Origin: an uncultured delta proteobacterium
Lineage (GTDB): Bacteria; Myxococcota_A; Polyangia; Polyangiales; B10-G4
Direction: 5' to 3'
Length of the DNA: 64,000 nt
Assembly: GCA_963727445.1 (NCBI GenBank)
Contig: CAVSGI010000006.1
Span: forward strand, 640,001-704,000
Positions 1-11,341 of the stretch are shown piece by piece. The notes beneath the pieces were generated by a model, which saw only the letters and a program-made list of their open reading frames with translations, was not told the DNA's origin and did not search any database. Position numbers and translations under genes: made by a program. Every line of letters starts with the position of its first letter. The first letter of the stretch is position 1.

Positions 1-1
1 G

Positions 2-280
2 AACGAGATGCTCAGCGGCTCGCACTGCCGCATCGAGGGCACGACCGCGTGTACACACTTCGCGCTCTACCACACCGACCTTCCCACGATGACGGGCGCC
101 GATCTGCAGATCATCGTGGCTTACCACGAAGGCGAGCTACCCGATCGCTGCGATGCCAACGACGCGTGGGTGGCCGCTCTCGAGGGGCGCGGGGAAGACC
201 GCGTCGACGCGATCAACGCGCTCTTCGCTTCCGGACCCGTGACGTTCCCGGATCGGCAGTACACACGAGGCGATCCATAG
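2..280 (+). CDS. Hypothetical protein, probably 5'-truncated by the window edge
   Basis: Open frame with GC3-rich codons ending TAG at 278-280; no recognisable motif. Confidence 0.5.
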   Translation, partial: NEMLSGSHCRIEGTTACTHFALYHTDLPTMTGADLQIIVAYHEGELPDRCDANDAWVAALEGRGEDRVDAINALFASGPVTFPDRQYTRGDP

Positions 281-459
281 GGCGCATTCGACGAACAGAC
301 GCTACGCGTCCCTATCAAGTGTACGCGCGGCTGGCGCGCTCACGCAGCGGAGCGGGGTCCGCAATCGACAGCCTTCGTCGACCGATGTTAGACCCGTGTT
401 CTTCTCGGCGAAGGGCGCCGTCGACGAGGCGGCCCAGAAGGGCGCGAAGTAATCGGTCG

Positions 460-732
460 CTACCGCGCGCGGTCGTACTTCAGCTTCTCGATCGCGCGCC
501 GGTAGCACTGGATCTCGTTCAGCTGCGGGTTCTGCAGCATCTCGGCCTCGACCAGGCTCTCCGCCACGTCTTCGTCGTGACAGAGGGAGAGCAGCTCGGC
601 GTGGAGCGCGTCGATCCGCCGCTCCTTGTCGCGCCGGCGGCGTTTCGGTCCGCCCTTCGGCGCGCGGAGGGCGTTGATCACGAGCACGGCGATCACGATG
701 ACGACGGCGAAGAAGAGGAGGCGGAAGAGCAT
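460..732 (-). CDS. Small membrane-anchored hypothetical protein
   Basis: N-terminal hydrophobic helix MLFRLLFFAVVIVIAVLVI followed by a charged helical domain. Confidence 0.7.
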   Translation of the reverse strand: MLFRLLFFAVVIVIAVLVINALRAPKGGPKRRRRDKERRIDALHAELLSLCHDEDVAESLVEAEMLQNPQLNEIQCYRRAIEKLKYDRAR

Positions 733-817
733 CGGATCGGGTCGATGCTAACGCGACTCGGCGGGCGAGCCGAAACGCGTTTGACTCGGACCCGCGGCGT
801 GGAATCATGCCCGACGC

Positions 818-1249
818 ATGCGCACCATCCTCCTCGCTCTCCTCTGCATCGCCCCGCTCGCGGCGGCCTGTGAAGACAACAGCATTCCGGCGCCCCCCGA
901 CGTCGCCGCGCCCCCTGCGGATGCGGAGCGGACGGCCTCCGGCCTCGCGAGCAAAGTGATCGTCGAAGGCACCGGATCGACACACCCGGTCGCGACCGAC
1001 ACCGTCGAGGTCGACTACACGGGTTGGACGACCGACGGAGAGATGTTCGACTCTTCGGTGGCGCGCGGGGAGCCGGCGCAGTTTCCCCTGAACGCCGTGA
1101 TCGCCGGCTGGACCGAAGGGCTGCAGCTCATGGTCGAAGGCGAGACGCGTCGGCTCTGGATCCCGGAGGAGCTGGCCTATGAGGGCAGGGCGGGCGCGCC
1201 CGCGGGCATGCTCGTCTTCGACGTCCATCTGATCCGCATCGTCGAGTGA
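818..1249 (+). CDS. FKBP-type peptidyl-prolyl cis-trans isomerase (lipoprotein-like signal)
   Basis: VDYTGW..DGEMFDSS, VIAGWTEGLQLM..GE.R.LWIP.ELAY and LVFDVHL FKBP motifs; AAAC lipobox. Confidence 0.95.
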   Translation: MRTILLALLCIAPLAAACEDNSIPAPPDVAAPPADAERTASGLASKVIVEGTGSTHPVATDTVEVDYTGWTTDGEMFDSSVARGEPAQFPLNAVIAGWTEGLQLMVEGETRRLWIPEELAYEGRAGAPAGMLVFDVHLIRIVE

Positions 1250-2175
1250 CCGAGGAAGAGGCGAAGGCCTCGGACGCGCCCCGACTCATTGCGCAGGAGC
1301 ACGGCTTGTGGGTGCTCCACAAACCCGCGGGCTATGCGGTGCACCGCACGGGGGACGAGAGCATCCCCGATCTGCAACGGTGGGCCGCCGCCGAGCTCGA
1401 CGCCCCGGCATCTTTGTCTCCGGTTCACCGTCTCGACCGCGAGACCTCCGGCGTGGTCCTCTTCGCGACGGATCCCGAACGCCTCGCCGAGGGCGGAAAG
1501 TGGTTCGCCGAAGGCCTCGTGAAAAAGCGCTACCTGGCGCTGGTCTTCGGTCGCACCCGCCAAAAGGGCATCATCCGCCGCCCGTTGCAGGACGCCCGTC
1601 GGGGCCGCCCCCTCGAGGCGGTGACGCGCTATCGCCAGCTCGGCGCGTACGGCGCCTTCAGCTATCTCGAAGTCCGCCCCGAGACCGGCCGCCGCCACCA
1701 GATCCGCAAACACCTCCACGGCATCGGCCACGCGATCGTCGGCGACACCCGCTACCGCGCCAGGCGCTTCCGCGCCGTCCCCGGCTTCCCCGGCCGCCTC
1801 TGGCTCCACGCCGCCGTGCTCGAGCTGCCCGGCGATCTGCGATACGAGTCGCCGCTTCCTCCGGAGCTCGCCGCGCATCTGACGTCGCTGGAGGAGCGGG
1901 AGCGCGGCCCGGATGCCGAATCGGAGCTCGACCCAGGGGCCGAAGTGAACGCTGTCGGGACAAGCCCGACGCGCGAGGCGCGGACGATGGCGATGATTCC
2001 TCATCGGAGGTGCGGCGGATGGATGCGACGAATGAACGTGCAAGAGCGCAGCGCTCGGGGACCCGGCCTTTCCCCATTCCGACGCATGTCCCCGGGGATC
2101 GGCGCTCACAGACTCGTCCCTTTCCCATCCAGAAGCCGAGCAATCGGACGGGCGGCACTTGCTCCTATCCGGTGA
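1246..2175 (+). CDS. RluA-family RNA pseudouridine synthase (true end may be ~1950)
   Basis: HKPAG, VHRLDRETSG, TGRRHQIRKH, IVGDTRY and LWLHA motifs; the tail after ~1950 looks non-coding in this frame. Confidence 0.92.
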   Translation: MTEEEAKASDAPRLIAQEHGLWVLHKPAGYAVHRTGDESIPDLQRWAAAELDAPASLSPVHRLDRETSGVVLFATDPERLAEGGKWFAEGLVKKRYLALVFGRTRQKGIIRRPLQDARRGRPLEAVTRYRQLGAYGAFSYLEVRPETGRRHQIRKHLHGIGHAIVGDTRYRARRFRAVPGFPGRLWLHAAVLELPGDLRYESPLPPELAAHLTSLEERERGPDAESELDPGAEVNAVGTSPTREARTMAMIPHRRCGGWMRRMNVQERSARGPGLSPFRRMSPGIGAHRLVPFPSRSRAIGRAALAPIR

Positions 2176-2195
2176 TCCCGCCCCGCGATCGGTAG
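2019..2195 (+). CDS. Putative 58-aa Pro/Arg-rich small protein with repeated TRPFPI motif
   Basis: GGAGGT Shine-Dalgarno at 2006-2011, ATG at 2019, internal peptide repeat. Confidence 0.45.
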   Translation: MDATNERARAQRSGTRPFPIPTHVPGDRRSQTRPFPIQKPSNRTGGTCSYPVIPPRDR

Positions 2196-2347
2196 AACGC
2201 GCGGAGCCCGCGCTCACCGAGAGCGAGACACGATGCCGGATTGATGGACGATCCGCTCGCGCCCTGACCTCCGCTCCCCATGAGACGAGAGCGGCGATCG
2301 GGATCCGACTCGGAGGATCCTGAAAGGAGCTGGTGCTACGATTGCAG

Positions 2348-2780
2348 CATGCGGCTGTTTCCGCCGATGCTCGCGCTTCTCTGCCTCTTCGTTTGCGGAT
2401 GCACCACTGAACGGCGGCCGGCGGACGCGGCCTCGGCAGACTCCACCGTCACCGTCGACAGCAGCTCGGACTCGGCGAGCGACGGCGGCGGGATCGGGTG
2501 CGGCGCCTTCGAGTCACCGAATCGTTCCTGCGAGGACATCAGCGGTTGCGTGGTCTTCCTGCATCAGAGCGACTGCTGCGGCTCGACGCGGGCGCTCGGC
2601 GTCAGCGGAGCGGTCGTGCCCGAGCTCGAAGCGGCCGAATCGATGTGCAGTGAAACCTATCCCGACTGCGGCTGCGCCGTGGGCCCCACCGTCGCCGACG
2701 ACGGCACGATGAGCGACGCGGGCAGCCCTGCTTCGGTCAGCTGCGAGAGCGGCGTCTGCACCACGACCTTTCCCGGTTGA
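2348..2780 (+). CDS. Cys-rich putative lipoprotein
   Basis: MRLFPPMLALLCLFVCGC signal/lipobox, Ser/Asp linker, Cys-rich C-terminal domain. Confidence 0.7.
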
Positions 2781-2829
2781 GGGGGTCGCGTCGACTTTCC
2801 GCACGGAAAGTTCGAACGCCGAAGGACCT

Positions 2830-3144
2830 TCAGGCAGGGGGTAGGTTCTCGTATGAGCCTCGGGGTTCGTCATCGTTCCCGCTGGCGGCACGCCGGAGGC
2901 GCTCGAAGTGCATGTCGTAGAGCGATTTGAACGCATCGCTTCGCGCCCGGCCGTCTCGCGCACCTGCGTGCGACAGGTCGTAGAGCTTTGCCAGACGGTC
3001 GCGAATGTCGGCGTCGACCGCCAGCAACGAACGCGCCTCCTCGACGTCTCCTTTGATCTGCGCGAGAAGCCAGAGAAGCTCCCGGCGGGGGTTCGGTTCG
3101 CGACACGGGGCGTACTTCCCCGGCGCAACGAGAACGACCCGAGG
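2830..3144 (-). pseudogene. Start-less protein-like ORF remnant abutting a groEL fragment
   Basis: Open frame PRVVLVAPGKYAP...ELLWLLAQIKGDVEEARSLLAVDADIRDRLAKLY... with no ATG/SD at its 5' end. Confidence 0.35.
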
Positions 3145-3194
3145 TCACTGATGGTGATTGTTCTCGAGCTTGATGCCGAGCTCCTCGCTCACGA
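3139..3194 (-). repeat. 56-bp diverged copy of internal groEL sequence (4276-4330)
   Basis: 35 bp identical (3160-3194 = 4296-4330); the remainder has 3 substitutions and 1 indel; encodes [18 protein letters not shown] versus [18 protein letters not shown]. Confidence 0.9.
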
Positions 3195-3232
3195 GCCCGC
3201 GTTCTGCTCCCCGATGCGCGCGCTTCACTCGA

Positions 3233-3383
3233 GGCCGTGCGGGAGGGTCCCGGGGGGTTGAGGCGGTCGTGGGGTGCTGGCGGGTGGGAGCACTCAGATG
3301 TTTCGCGACTCGCGCGGCGAAGTGGTCGAGGTCCATCGCCGTTCCCCGACCGCCGATGCCCCCCGGGACCCTCCCGCACGGCC
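3233..3383. repeat. 25-bp perfect inverted repeat forming a long hairpin
   Basis: ggccgtgcgggagggtcccgggggg (3233-3257) is the reverse complement of 3359-3383; imperfect pairing continues inward. Confidence 0.9.
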
Positions 3384-3471
3384 GGGCACGCATCTCGTTT
3401 CGATCTCGAAGGAGCAGCCCGAAAACGAAACGGGCCCGCATCTTTCGATGCGAGCCCGCTTCATGTTCGGC

Positions 3472-3572
3472 GGCCGGGGGCGTAGTCCCGGCTCGGCCCG
3501 CTTCGCCTCCGGTCCGAGCGCCGCGTGACTTCGTCACGCTCTGCTCGGCCCTGCGGCTACGCGGGCCTCGCC
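3472..3572. repeat. Dispersed palindromic REP/REPIN-like element, copy 1
   Basis: Long imperfect hairpin (gcgtgac-ttc-gtcacgc apex); similar to the reverse complement of 13786-13885. Confidence 0.6.
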
Positions 3573-3594
3573 TTCTGTGTGGGATGGACTTCTT

Positions 3595-5230
<1,636 letters not shown>

Positions 5231-5244
5231 TGTCTTGTCTCTCT

Positions 5245-5542
5245 CTTCAGCTTCGGTGACTGACACGCCGAGGATGTCGTCTTCGCGGAGGATGAGATGC
5301 TCTTCCCCGTCGATCTTGACCTCGGTGCCGCTGTACTTGCCGAAGAGGACGCGGTCGCCCTTCTTCACTTCGAGGGCGCGGACGTTGCCGTTCTCGGTGA
5401 CCTTGCCGTTGCCAACGGCGACGACCTTGCCCTCGATGGGCTTTTCCTTGGCCGTGTCGGGGATGATGATCCCGCCCTTGGTCATTTCTTCTTCCTTGAC
5501 GCGCTTGACGAGCACGCGGTCCTGAAGCGGACGAATACCCAT
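5245..5542 (-). CDS. groES: Co-chaperonin GroES (stop codon obscured by an indel; end approximate)
   Basis: [56 protein letters not shown]. Confidence 0.97.
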
Positions 5543-5611
5543 GGTGTGATCCCTCTTTCGTGAGTGGCCTGAGGCCTGAGGGGGCGGCTAGCCCCCAGAA
5601 GTTAGCGATTG

Positions 5612-5638
5612 TTAGCAGTCGTCAGTGACGAGTGCTAA
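5612..5638 (-). promoter_or_regulatory. CIRCE element (HrcA operator)
   Basis: Minus strand TTAGCACTC-N9-GACTGCTAA, one mismatch to the TTAGCACTC-N9-GAGTGCTAA consensus, upstream of groES. Confidence 0.9.
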
Positions 5639-5653
5639 CGGGATGGGAGGCGG

Positions 5654-5681
5654 AACCTAATCCGCCTAAAGCCAGGGTCAA
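5654..5681 (-). promoter_or_regulatory. sigma70-type promoter of groESL
   Basis: Minus strand TTGACC-N16-TAGGTT directly upstream of CIRCE. Confidence 0.55.
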
Positions 5682-5879
5682 GGGGCCCGAAATCGCGGCG
5701 TGAGTCAGCTCACGAGCGGCGTGATTCCGGGCACTTGAGCCCGCACCTCTCCCGCGTGCCCCAGGCGTTGGCAGCCGGGGTCCGAGAGTGTCACTAGGCC
5801 CCCCTTCTGGCCGCGCCAGCCCCAATTCGCGGATGCGCAGAAAAAGGACACCCGGCCATTTCTCGTTAGATTGCCTGTC

Positions 5880-6446
5880 ATGACGATCGAGCTCAGCGCT
5901 GACCCTTCGGGGTTCTTCCACGAGCGCCTCACCGAGGCCCTGTCGCGCCGAGGGATGCACCTCTCCGAGACCACCGAGGTCTACCTCGTCCATCTGCTCA
6001 CCGGTTTCGTCCACGTCACCGCGGACGAGGCCCTCGAGAGGCCGCTGGTAGAGCGCATGGCAGACGCCCTGAGCGCGCCCAGCACCACCGAGAGCTTCCG
6101 CCGCTTTCGCGCCCTCGGCGACAACGCCCTCTACATCACCGGCTTCTTCTCCGATCACCTGAGCCGCCGCGGGGTGAGCCGCGGCTACGTGATCGCGATG
6201 GGCGGCCGCGCCTACGTCGCCGCCTCGAGCTACGGCGGCAACCTCTTCGAGGAGCTGGCGGAGAGCTTCGACCACCTGGCGCAGGTCCTCGACGAAGTGC
6301 GCGAGACCACCTCGCTGCGCACACCGCAGGACATCGTCCGCCTCTACGAGCGCTGGCGGCGCACGAAGTCGCCGGCCCTCGCCGAGCGCCTGGAAGCCGA
6401 GGGTGTATTTCCCCAGGGCGCGCCCAAGAAGCAGCTTCTCCATTGA
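5880..6446 (+). CDS. Uncharacterised protein (GD.ALYITGFFSD motif)
   Basis: Clean coding frame, helical character, overlaps the next gene by 4 bp. Confidence 0.8.
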   Translation: MTIELSADPSGFFHERLTEALSRRGMHLSETTEVYLVHLLTGFVHVTADEALERPLVERMADALSAPSTTESFRRFRALGDNALYITGFFSDHLSRRGVSRGYVIAMGGRAYVAASSYGGNLFEELAESFDHLAQVLDEVRETTSLRTPQDIVRLYERWRRTKSPALAERLEAEGVFPQGAPKKQLLH

Positions 6447-7114
6447 GCACCCCGCTCTCCGAGATCCAGGACGCTCTCTGTCGCCTCTACGATCTACGCG
6501 TCTCGTGCGACGTGAGAGACTACGTCTGCGACGCCGACGCGGTGCGCGTCACCGCGGGGGACGAGCACGACCGAGGTGAGGTGCTGGTGGTGGTCGAAGA
6601 CGAGGAAGGGCTCACCATCGGGCTCTACGTCGATCCCGACGCGTTGTCGCATCTCGAAGAGGCCGGCGGTGATGCCTGGCTCGACGAGGGAAAGCGATGG
6701 GCGGCCTGCCTCGCCACCGAGGGCGTGAGCCACTTCCTCTATCTGGTCTTTCGCGCCGACAACGACATGAGCGTGAGCCAGCTCGAGCTCGAGCTCCAGG
6801 CCGAGGTCGACAAGTACGCGAGTGCCGTCCTCACGGAAGAGCTCGACGCGATGGCCCTCGAGGGCAACGGCGTCCACACCATTCGCGCGCGGAGCCGGGA
6901 GGTGCGACAGCGCCTCTTCGCCGGCGTGCGTTTCCTGGACGGTGCCGAGAGCGCACGTGGGGAGCGCTACCGGACAGCGCATCGCCTCGCGGCTCGCTAC
7001 GCCGCCCGCCTCGAGGAGCGCCACCTCGAGAGCGGCGACATCCGATCGTTTCTGAGGGAGCTCCGACGCTTCTACCGCCACGGGCTCCGAGAGAAGCTCG
7101 AGGCGACACGCTGA
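6443..7114 (+). CDS. Uncharacterised protein (EGVSHF...ELELQAEVDKY), possible degenerate zincin
   Basis: Coupled to the upstream gene; motif reminiscent of zincin HExxH...ELQAD. Confidence 0.75.
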   Translation: MSTPLSEIQDALCRLYDLRVSCDVRDYVCDADAVRVTAGDEHDRGEVLVVVEDEEGLTIGLYVDPDALSHLEEAGGDAWLDEGKRWAACLATEGVSHFLYLVFRADNDMSVSQLELELQAEVDKYASAVLTEELDAMALEGNGVHTIRARSREVRQRLFAGVRFLDGAESARGERYRTAHRLAARYAARLEERHLESGDIRSFLRELRRFYRHGLREKLEATR

Positions 7115-7168
7115 GCGCTTCACTGCTCGGCATTGGCCGTCCGCGGGGCGCGACTACATGAAGAAGTC

Positions 7169-8056
7169 ATGAGTGCCGACCTCGACAAGATCGCCGCCGC
7201 GGTCGAGCGCGACGAGCTCGACCTCGCCGTCTGGGCGGAGGAGCTCGACTGGGCGACGGCGGAGCGGATGCGCTCGGCGGCACGCATGGCGATCGAGGGG
7301 CTGCCGTTGCCGATCCGCGCCGCGGTCGATCCCCCGCCCGTGCAGAAGCGTCGAACCCTCGAGCGCATCCTCGGCCACCTCCTGGCCGCCCAGGGCGATT
7401 ACACCCTGTTGGCCCGCGCCGAGCGTGTGCTGTGGCTGCGCGGGGGCAGCCACGTTCGCTACCTGTCGGTGCTGGTCCAGGCCGGACGCGCGCTCGAAGC
7501 CGCCAGCCTCGCCCGCGCCCTGGTCGACAGCGCGAAAGGGCAGGAGCGCGAGGCGCTCTTGCGCTTCATCGCCGAGATCTCCCAGCCGCCCGCAGAGTGG
7601 GAGGCCCACGTCGCCCGTCTGGCCGAAGCGCCCACGGAGGAGGCATGGGACGCGCTCTTTCGCTTCACGCCGGGCGAGCATTTCGTCGAGCGCCAGCGCT
7701 ACACCATCGACCTGCTGCTCCGCCTCGGGGTCAGCGCCGATCACATCTTCCATCTCGCAGCCCGCAGCGGTGCCTCGAGTCATCTCCTCGCGTTGGTCGA
7801 AGAGGGGCGGGTCGACCCGAAGGTGATCGAGGCGCACGCCGAGGCGAGCCCCGCGACGGCCATGTGGCTCGGCTACGCGGCGCGCGCGGCCTGTGTGCGG
7901 GGTGACGCTCTCGGAACGCTCCGTCTCTTGCGCCGGGCGCACGTCGGGGTGCGCACGGAGTTCGTCGAGGCGGACCTGCGCTTCATCGCCAATCACGCCG
8001 ACCGGGCCACCCGAGAGGTCCTCGAGAGCGCGGGCGTGGATCTACCGGAAGACTAG
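7169..8056 (+). CDS. Hypothetical helical protein
   Basis: Long ORF with typical codon usage; no motif recognised; start uncertain. Confidence 0.65.
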   Translation: MSADLDKIAAAVERDELDLAVWAEELDWATAERMRSAARMAIEGLPLPIRAAVDPPPVQKRRTLERILGHLLAAQGDYTLLARAERVLWLRGGSHVRYLSVLVQAGRALEAASLARALVDSAKGQEREALLRFIAEISQPPAEWEAHVARLAEAPTEEAWDALFRFTPGEHFVERQRYTIDLLLRLGVSADHIFHLAARSGASSHLLALVEEGRVDPKVIEAHAEASPATAMWLGYAARAACVRGDALGTLRLLRRAHVGVRTEFVEADLRFIANHADRATREVLESAGVDLPED

Positions 8057-8078
8057 TGTCGCCGGGCGGGGCGCCGAC

Positions 8079-8333
8079 TCAGGAGCCGGTGAGCGTGGCC
8101 TCGAGGGCCTTCTCTTCCGCGATGTACTCCTCGACGGCGGAGCGCACGGGACGGTTGAAGTAGACCTTCTTGGCGGCAATCTCGCGCAGGGCGGTGACGG
8201 CAGGGCGGTTCTTGCTGTGAACCAAAGCCGGGGCGCCCTTCATGAGCTGCCGGGTCCGGCGGGAAGCGAGGACCACCAGGGCAAAGCGGTTCTCTTCGTG
8301 CTCGAGGCAGTCTTCTACGGTGACGCGCGCCAT
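8079..8333 (-). CDS. rpoZ: RNA polymerase omega subunit
   Basis: [22 protein letters not shown]...ALREIA. Confidence 0.96.
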   Translation of the reverse strand: MARVTVEDCLEHEENRFALVVLASRRTRQLMKGAPALVHSKNRPAVTALREIAAKKVYFNRPVRSAVEEYIAEEKALEATLTGS

Positions 8334-8602
8334 GGATTCTCCGTGAGGGCTGGGGCCAGCTCGGGCCTCAGCGGGGCGCGAAACCTAGCAGCGCCTGTGG
8401 GGACAGGCAAGAACCGCTGGTACCGAAATCCACCCAGCGTGAAAATGATGAAGAATCGAGGCGTGGGCGCATCTCGGCAATCCAGGCACATGGCCCTCGG
8501 GCCAGAGCCGCCACTAAACCTGCCGTCCGGGTCGACGTGGCGCTTTACCTGATGAGAGAGGGCCGATAGCATCATCTCCCCCTAGCCACGTAGCCCTCCT
8601 TC

Positions 8603-10323
8603 ATGGCTCGACTGACCATCTTCAGCCCGGATGGGCGCATGGAGCGAGAGCTCCTGCCCCACAACACCCTGGGCCGTCATCCCGAGAACACGATCCAGCT
8701 CTTGGACCGGATCGTGTCGAAGGAGCATTGTCACGTCGACCAGATCGACGGCAACTGGGTGCTCAAGGACCTCGGCTCGCTCAACGGCACCTTCGTCAAC
8801 GGCGAGCGGGTATCGGAGCGCGTGCTGTCCCAGGGCGACGAGATCTCCCTCGGCTCGACGCGCATGGTCTTCCAGATCGAGCCCATCGACGACGTGAAGC
8901 TCGCGCCCTCGGCCGCTCCCCCGCCGGGTCAGGCGCCGGAGCCCGGGGATGGTGCGCCGGTGGCCCCGGGTCAGGCAGCGGCCCAGGCGCAGGCCGCGCA
9001 GAAGATGTCACGGGTGACCATCGCGCCGGGGATGGTCGAGAGCCACATCCGCACCAAGCTCCAGCCGCTCCTCGATCAGAACTTCCTGCCCGAGCGTCTG
9101 GTGAACGACACCGCGACGCTTCGCGCCGACTACGAAAAGCTCCGCGTCAGCTACGAGGTCATCAAGGCCATCGGCGTCGAGCTCGACGTCGACAAGCTGC
9201 TGACGAAGATCCTCGACTGCGCGTTCCAGCTCCTGCCCGCCGACCGCGGCGTCGTGCTCCTCTACGGCGAGGAGCGGGAGCTCGAGCCGCGCTGCGTCCG
9301 CACCAAGAAGGCCCTCGCCGAGGGCGAGGACGTGGTGCTCTCCACCACGATCATCAACGAGGTGCTGCGGGACAAGACGGCGGTGCTCTCGAGCGATGCC
9401 TCGGTGGACTCCCGCTTCCAGGGCGCCCACTCGATCATCATGCAGGGCATCCGCTCCTCCATGGCGGTGCCGCTCCTGCACAGCGGCGAGATCTTCGGCG
9501 TCCTGGTGCTGGACTCCCAGATCGCGGCCAACGCCTTCACCGAGAAGGACCTCTCGCTCTTCCAGAACATCGGCAACCAGGCCGCCATCGCCATCCAGAA
9601 CAGCCTCTACGCCGCCAAGCTCGAGGCCGAGGCGGTCACCCGCGAGCGCTTCCAACGGCTGCTCTCGCCCGCCATCGCCGAGCAGGTCCTGAGCGGCAAG
9701 GTCGAGGTCAAGAAGGGCGGCGAGCTCCGCGACACCACCATCCTCTTCACCGACATCCGCGGCTTCACCGCGATGGAGCGAGTCGCGTGCCGCGCAGAAC
9801 GTCGTCGAGATGCTCAACGAGTACTTCGAGCTGATGGTGGAGATCATCTTCGAGCACGAAGGGCACGCTCGACAAGTTCGTCGGCGACGAGATCATGGCG
9901 CTCTTCGGTGCGCCGGTGGCGCACTCCGACGATCCGTACCGCGCGGTGAAGACCGCGCTGGAGATGCTCGACCATTCTCGAGCAGTTCAATCGAGCGCCG
10001 CATCGCCAAGGGCGAGGACGCGGTGGCCATCGGCATCGGCATCAACACCGGCGAGGTGCGTCGCGGGCTACCTCGGCTCGAGCAAGGCGCTCGAGTACAC
10101 GGTGATCGGCGACGCCGTGAACACCGGCGCGCGTCTGTGCTCGCTCGCGAAGGCGGGTGAGATCATCATCAGTGAAACCACCTACAACCGGGTGAAGGAC
10201 TACTTCGAGGTCGTCGAGCTTCCGCCGACGTCGGTGAAGGGCAAGTCGAAGCCGCTCAAGATCTTCAACGTGATCCGCGAGCGGACCGGCAACTTCTCCA
10301 GCGACCTCACCCGTCCCCAATAA
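8603..10323 (+). CDS. FHA-GAF-class III adenylate cyclase (frameshifted)
   Basis: FHA (LGRHPEN, SKEH, DLGSLNGT), GAF, cyclase motifs TILFTDIRGFT, DKFVGDEIMA and EYTVIGDAVNTGARL. Confidence 0.9.
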
Positions 10324-10339
10324 GGGAAACAACCATCTG

Positions 10340-11302
10340 ATGGCCGCACTGGACTTCGAGAAGCCCCTCGTCGACCTCGAGGATCGCATCCGTGAAATGA
10401 AGACGGTCAGCGGCGGCGAGGCCGGCGTCGACGAAGAGCTCAGTCGGCTCGAGGCACGCGCCAAGCAGCTCTACCGCGACATCTACCAGGACCTGTCGGT
10501 CTGGCAGAAGGTGCAGCTCAGCCGTCATCCGGACCGGCCCTATTTCCGCGACTATCTCGAGCGAATCTTCGAAGACTTCGTCGAGCTCCACGGCGACCGC
10601 TCTTTCCGGGACGACCCGGCGATCATCAGCGGCTTCGCGACCTTCCACGGGCGGAGCGTCGCGGTGATCGGCCAGCAGAAGGGCCGCACCACCAAAGACA
10701 AGGCCCACTACAACTTCGGGATGGCTCATCCAGAGGGCTATCGAAAGGCGATCCGGATCATGGAGCTGGCGAGCCGCTTCGGCCGACCGGTCTTCACCTT
10801 CATCGACACGCCCGGCGCGTATCCCGGTCTCGGCGCCGAAGAGCGTGGACAAGCGGAGGCCATCGGGCAGGCGCTGCTCACCATGAGCCGCCTCCGCGTG
10901 CCCGTGATCGCGGTGGTGATTGGCGAGGGCGGCTCCGGCGGCGCGCTGGGCCTCGGCGTCGCCAATCGCGTCGCGATGCTGGAGTACGCGACCTACAGCG
11001 TGATCACGCCCGAGGGCTGTGCGTCGATCCTCTGGCGCGACGGCGCGCGCGCGCCCGACGCGGCTGCGCAGCTGCGCCTCTTGGCGAACGACGCTTACGA
11101 GCTGGGTGTGATCGACACGGTGATCGAGGAGCCGCACGGCGGCGCGCACCGTGACTACGACGTGGCGGCCGGCCTGGTGCGAGACTGCCTGGTCACTCAT
11201 CTCGACGCGCTCTCGACCCTCGATCCGGACGCGCTCGTCCAGGACCGCTACGACAAGTTTCGCAAGATGGGCAAGTTCGTCGGCGACGACGCGTCGGGGT
11301 AG
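10340..11302 (+). CDS. accA: Acetyl-CoA carboxylase carboxyltransferase alpha subunit
   Basis: LDFEKPL, RHPDRP, FIDTPGAYPG..AEERGQ, IGEGGSGGAL, YSVITPEGCASILW. Confidence 0.97.
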   Translation: MAALDFEKPLVDLEDRIREMKTVSGGEAGVDEELSRLEARAKQLYRDIYQDLSVWQKVQLSRHPDRPYFRDYLERIFEDFVELHGDRSFRDDPAIISGFATFHGRSVAVIGQQKGRTTKDKAHYNFGMAHPEGYRKAIRIMELASRFGRPVFTFIDTPGAYPGLGAEERGQAEAIGQALLTMSRLRVPVIAVVIGEGGSGGALGLGVANRVAMLEYATYSVITPEGCASILWRDGARAPDAAAQLRLLANDAYELGVIDTVIEEPHGGAHRDYDVAAGLVRDCLVTHLDALSTLDPDALVQDRYDKFRKMGKFVGDDASG

Positions 11303-11341
11303 GGCGGCCTGGTGGGTGGGCTGTTGGGTGGAGAAGGCCTC

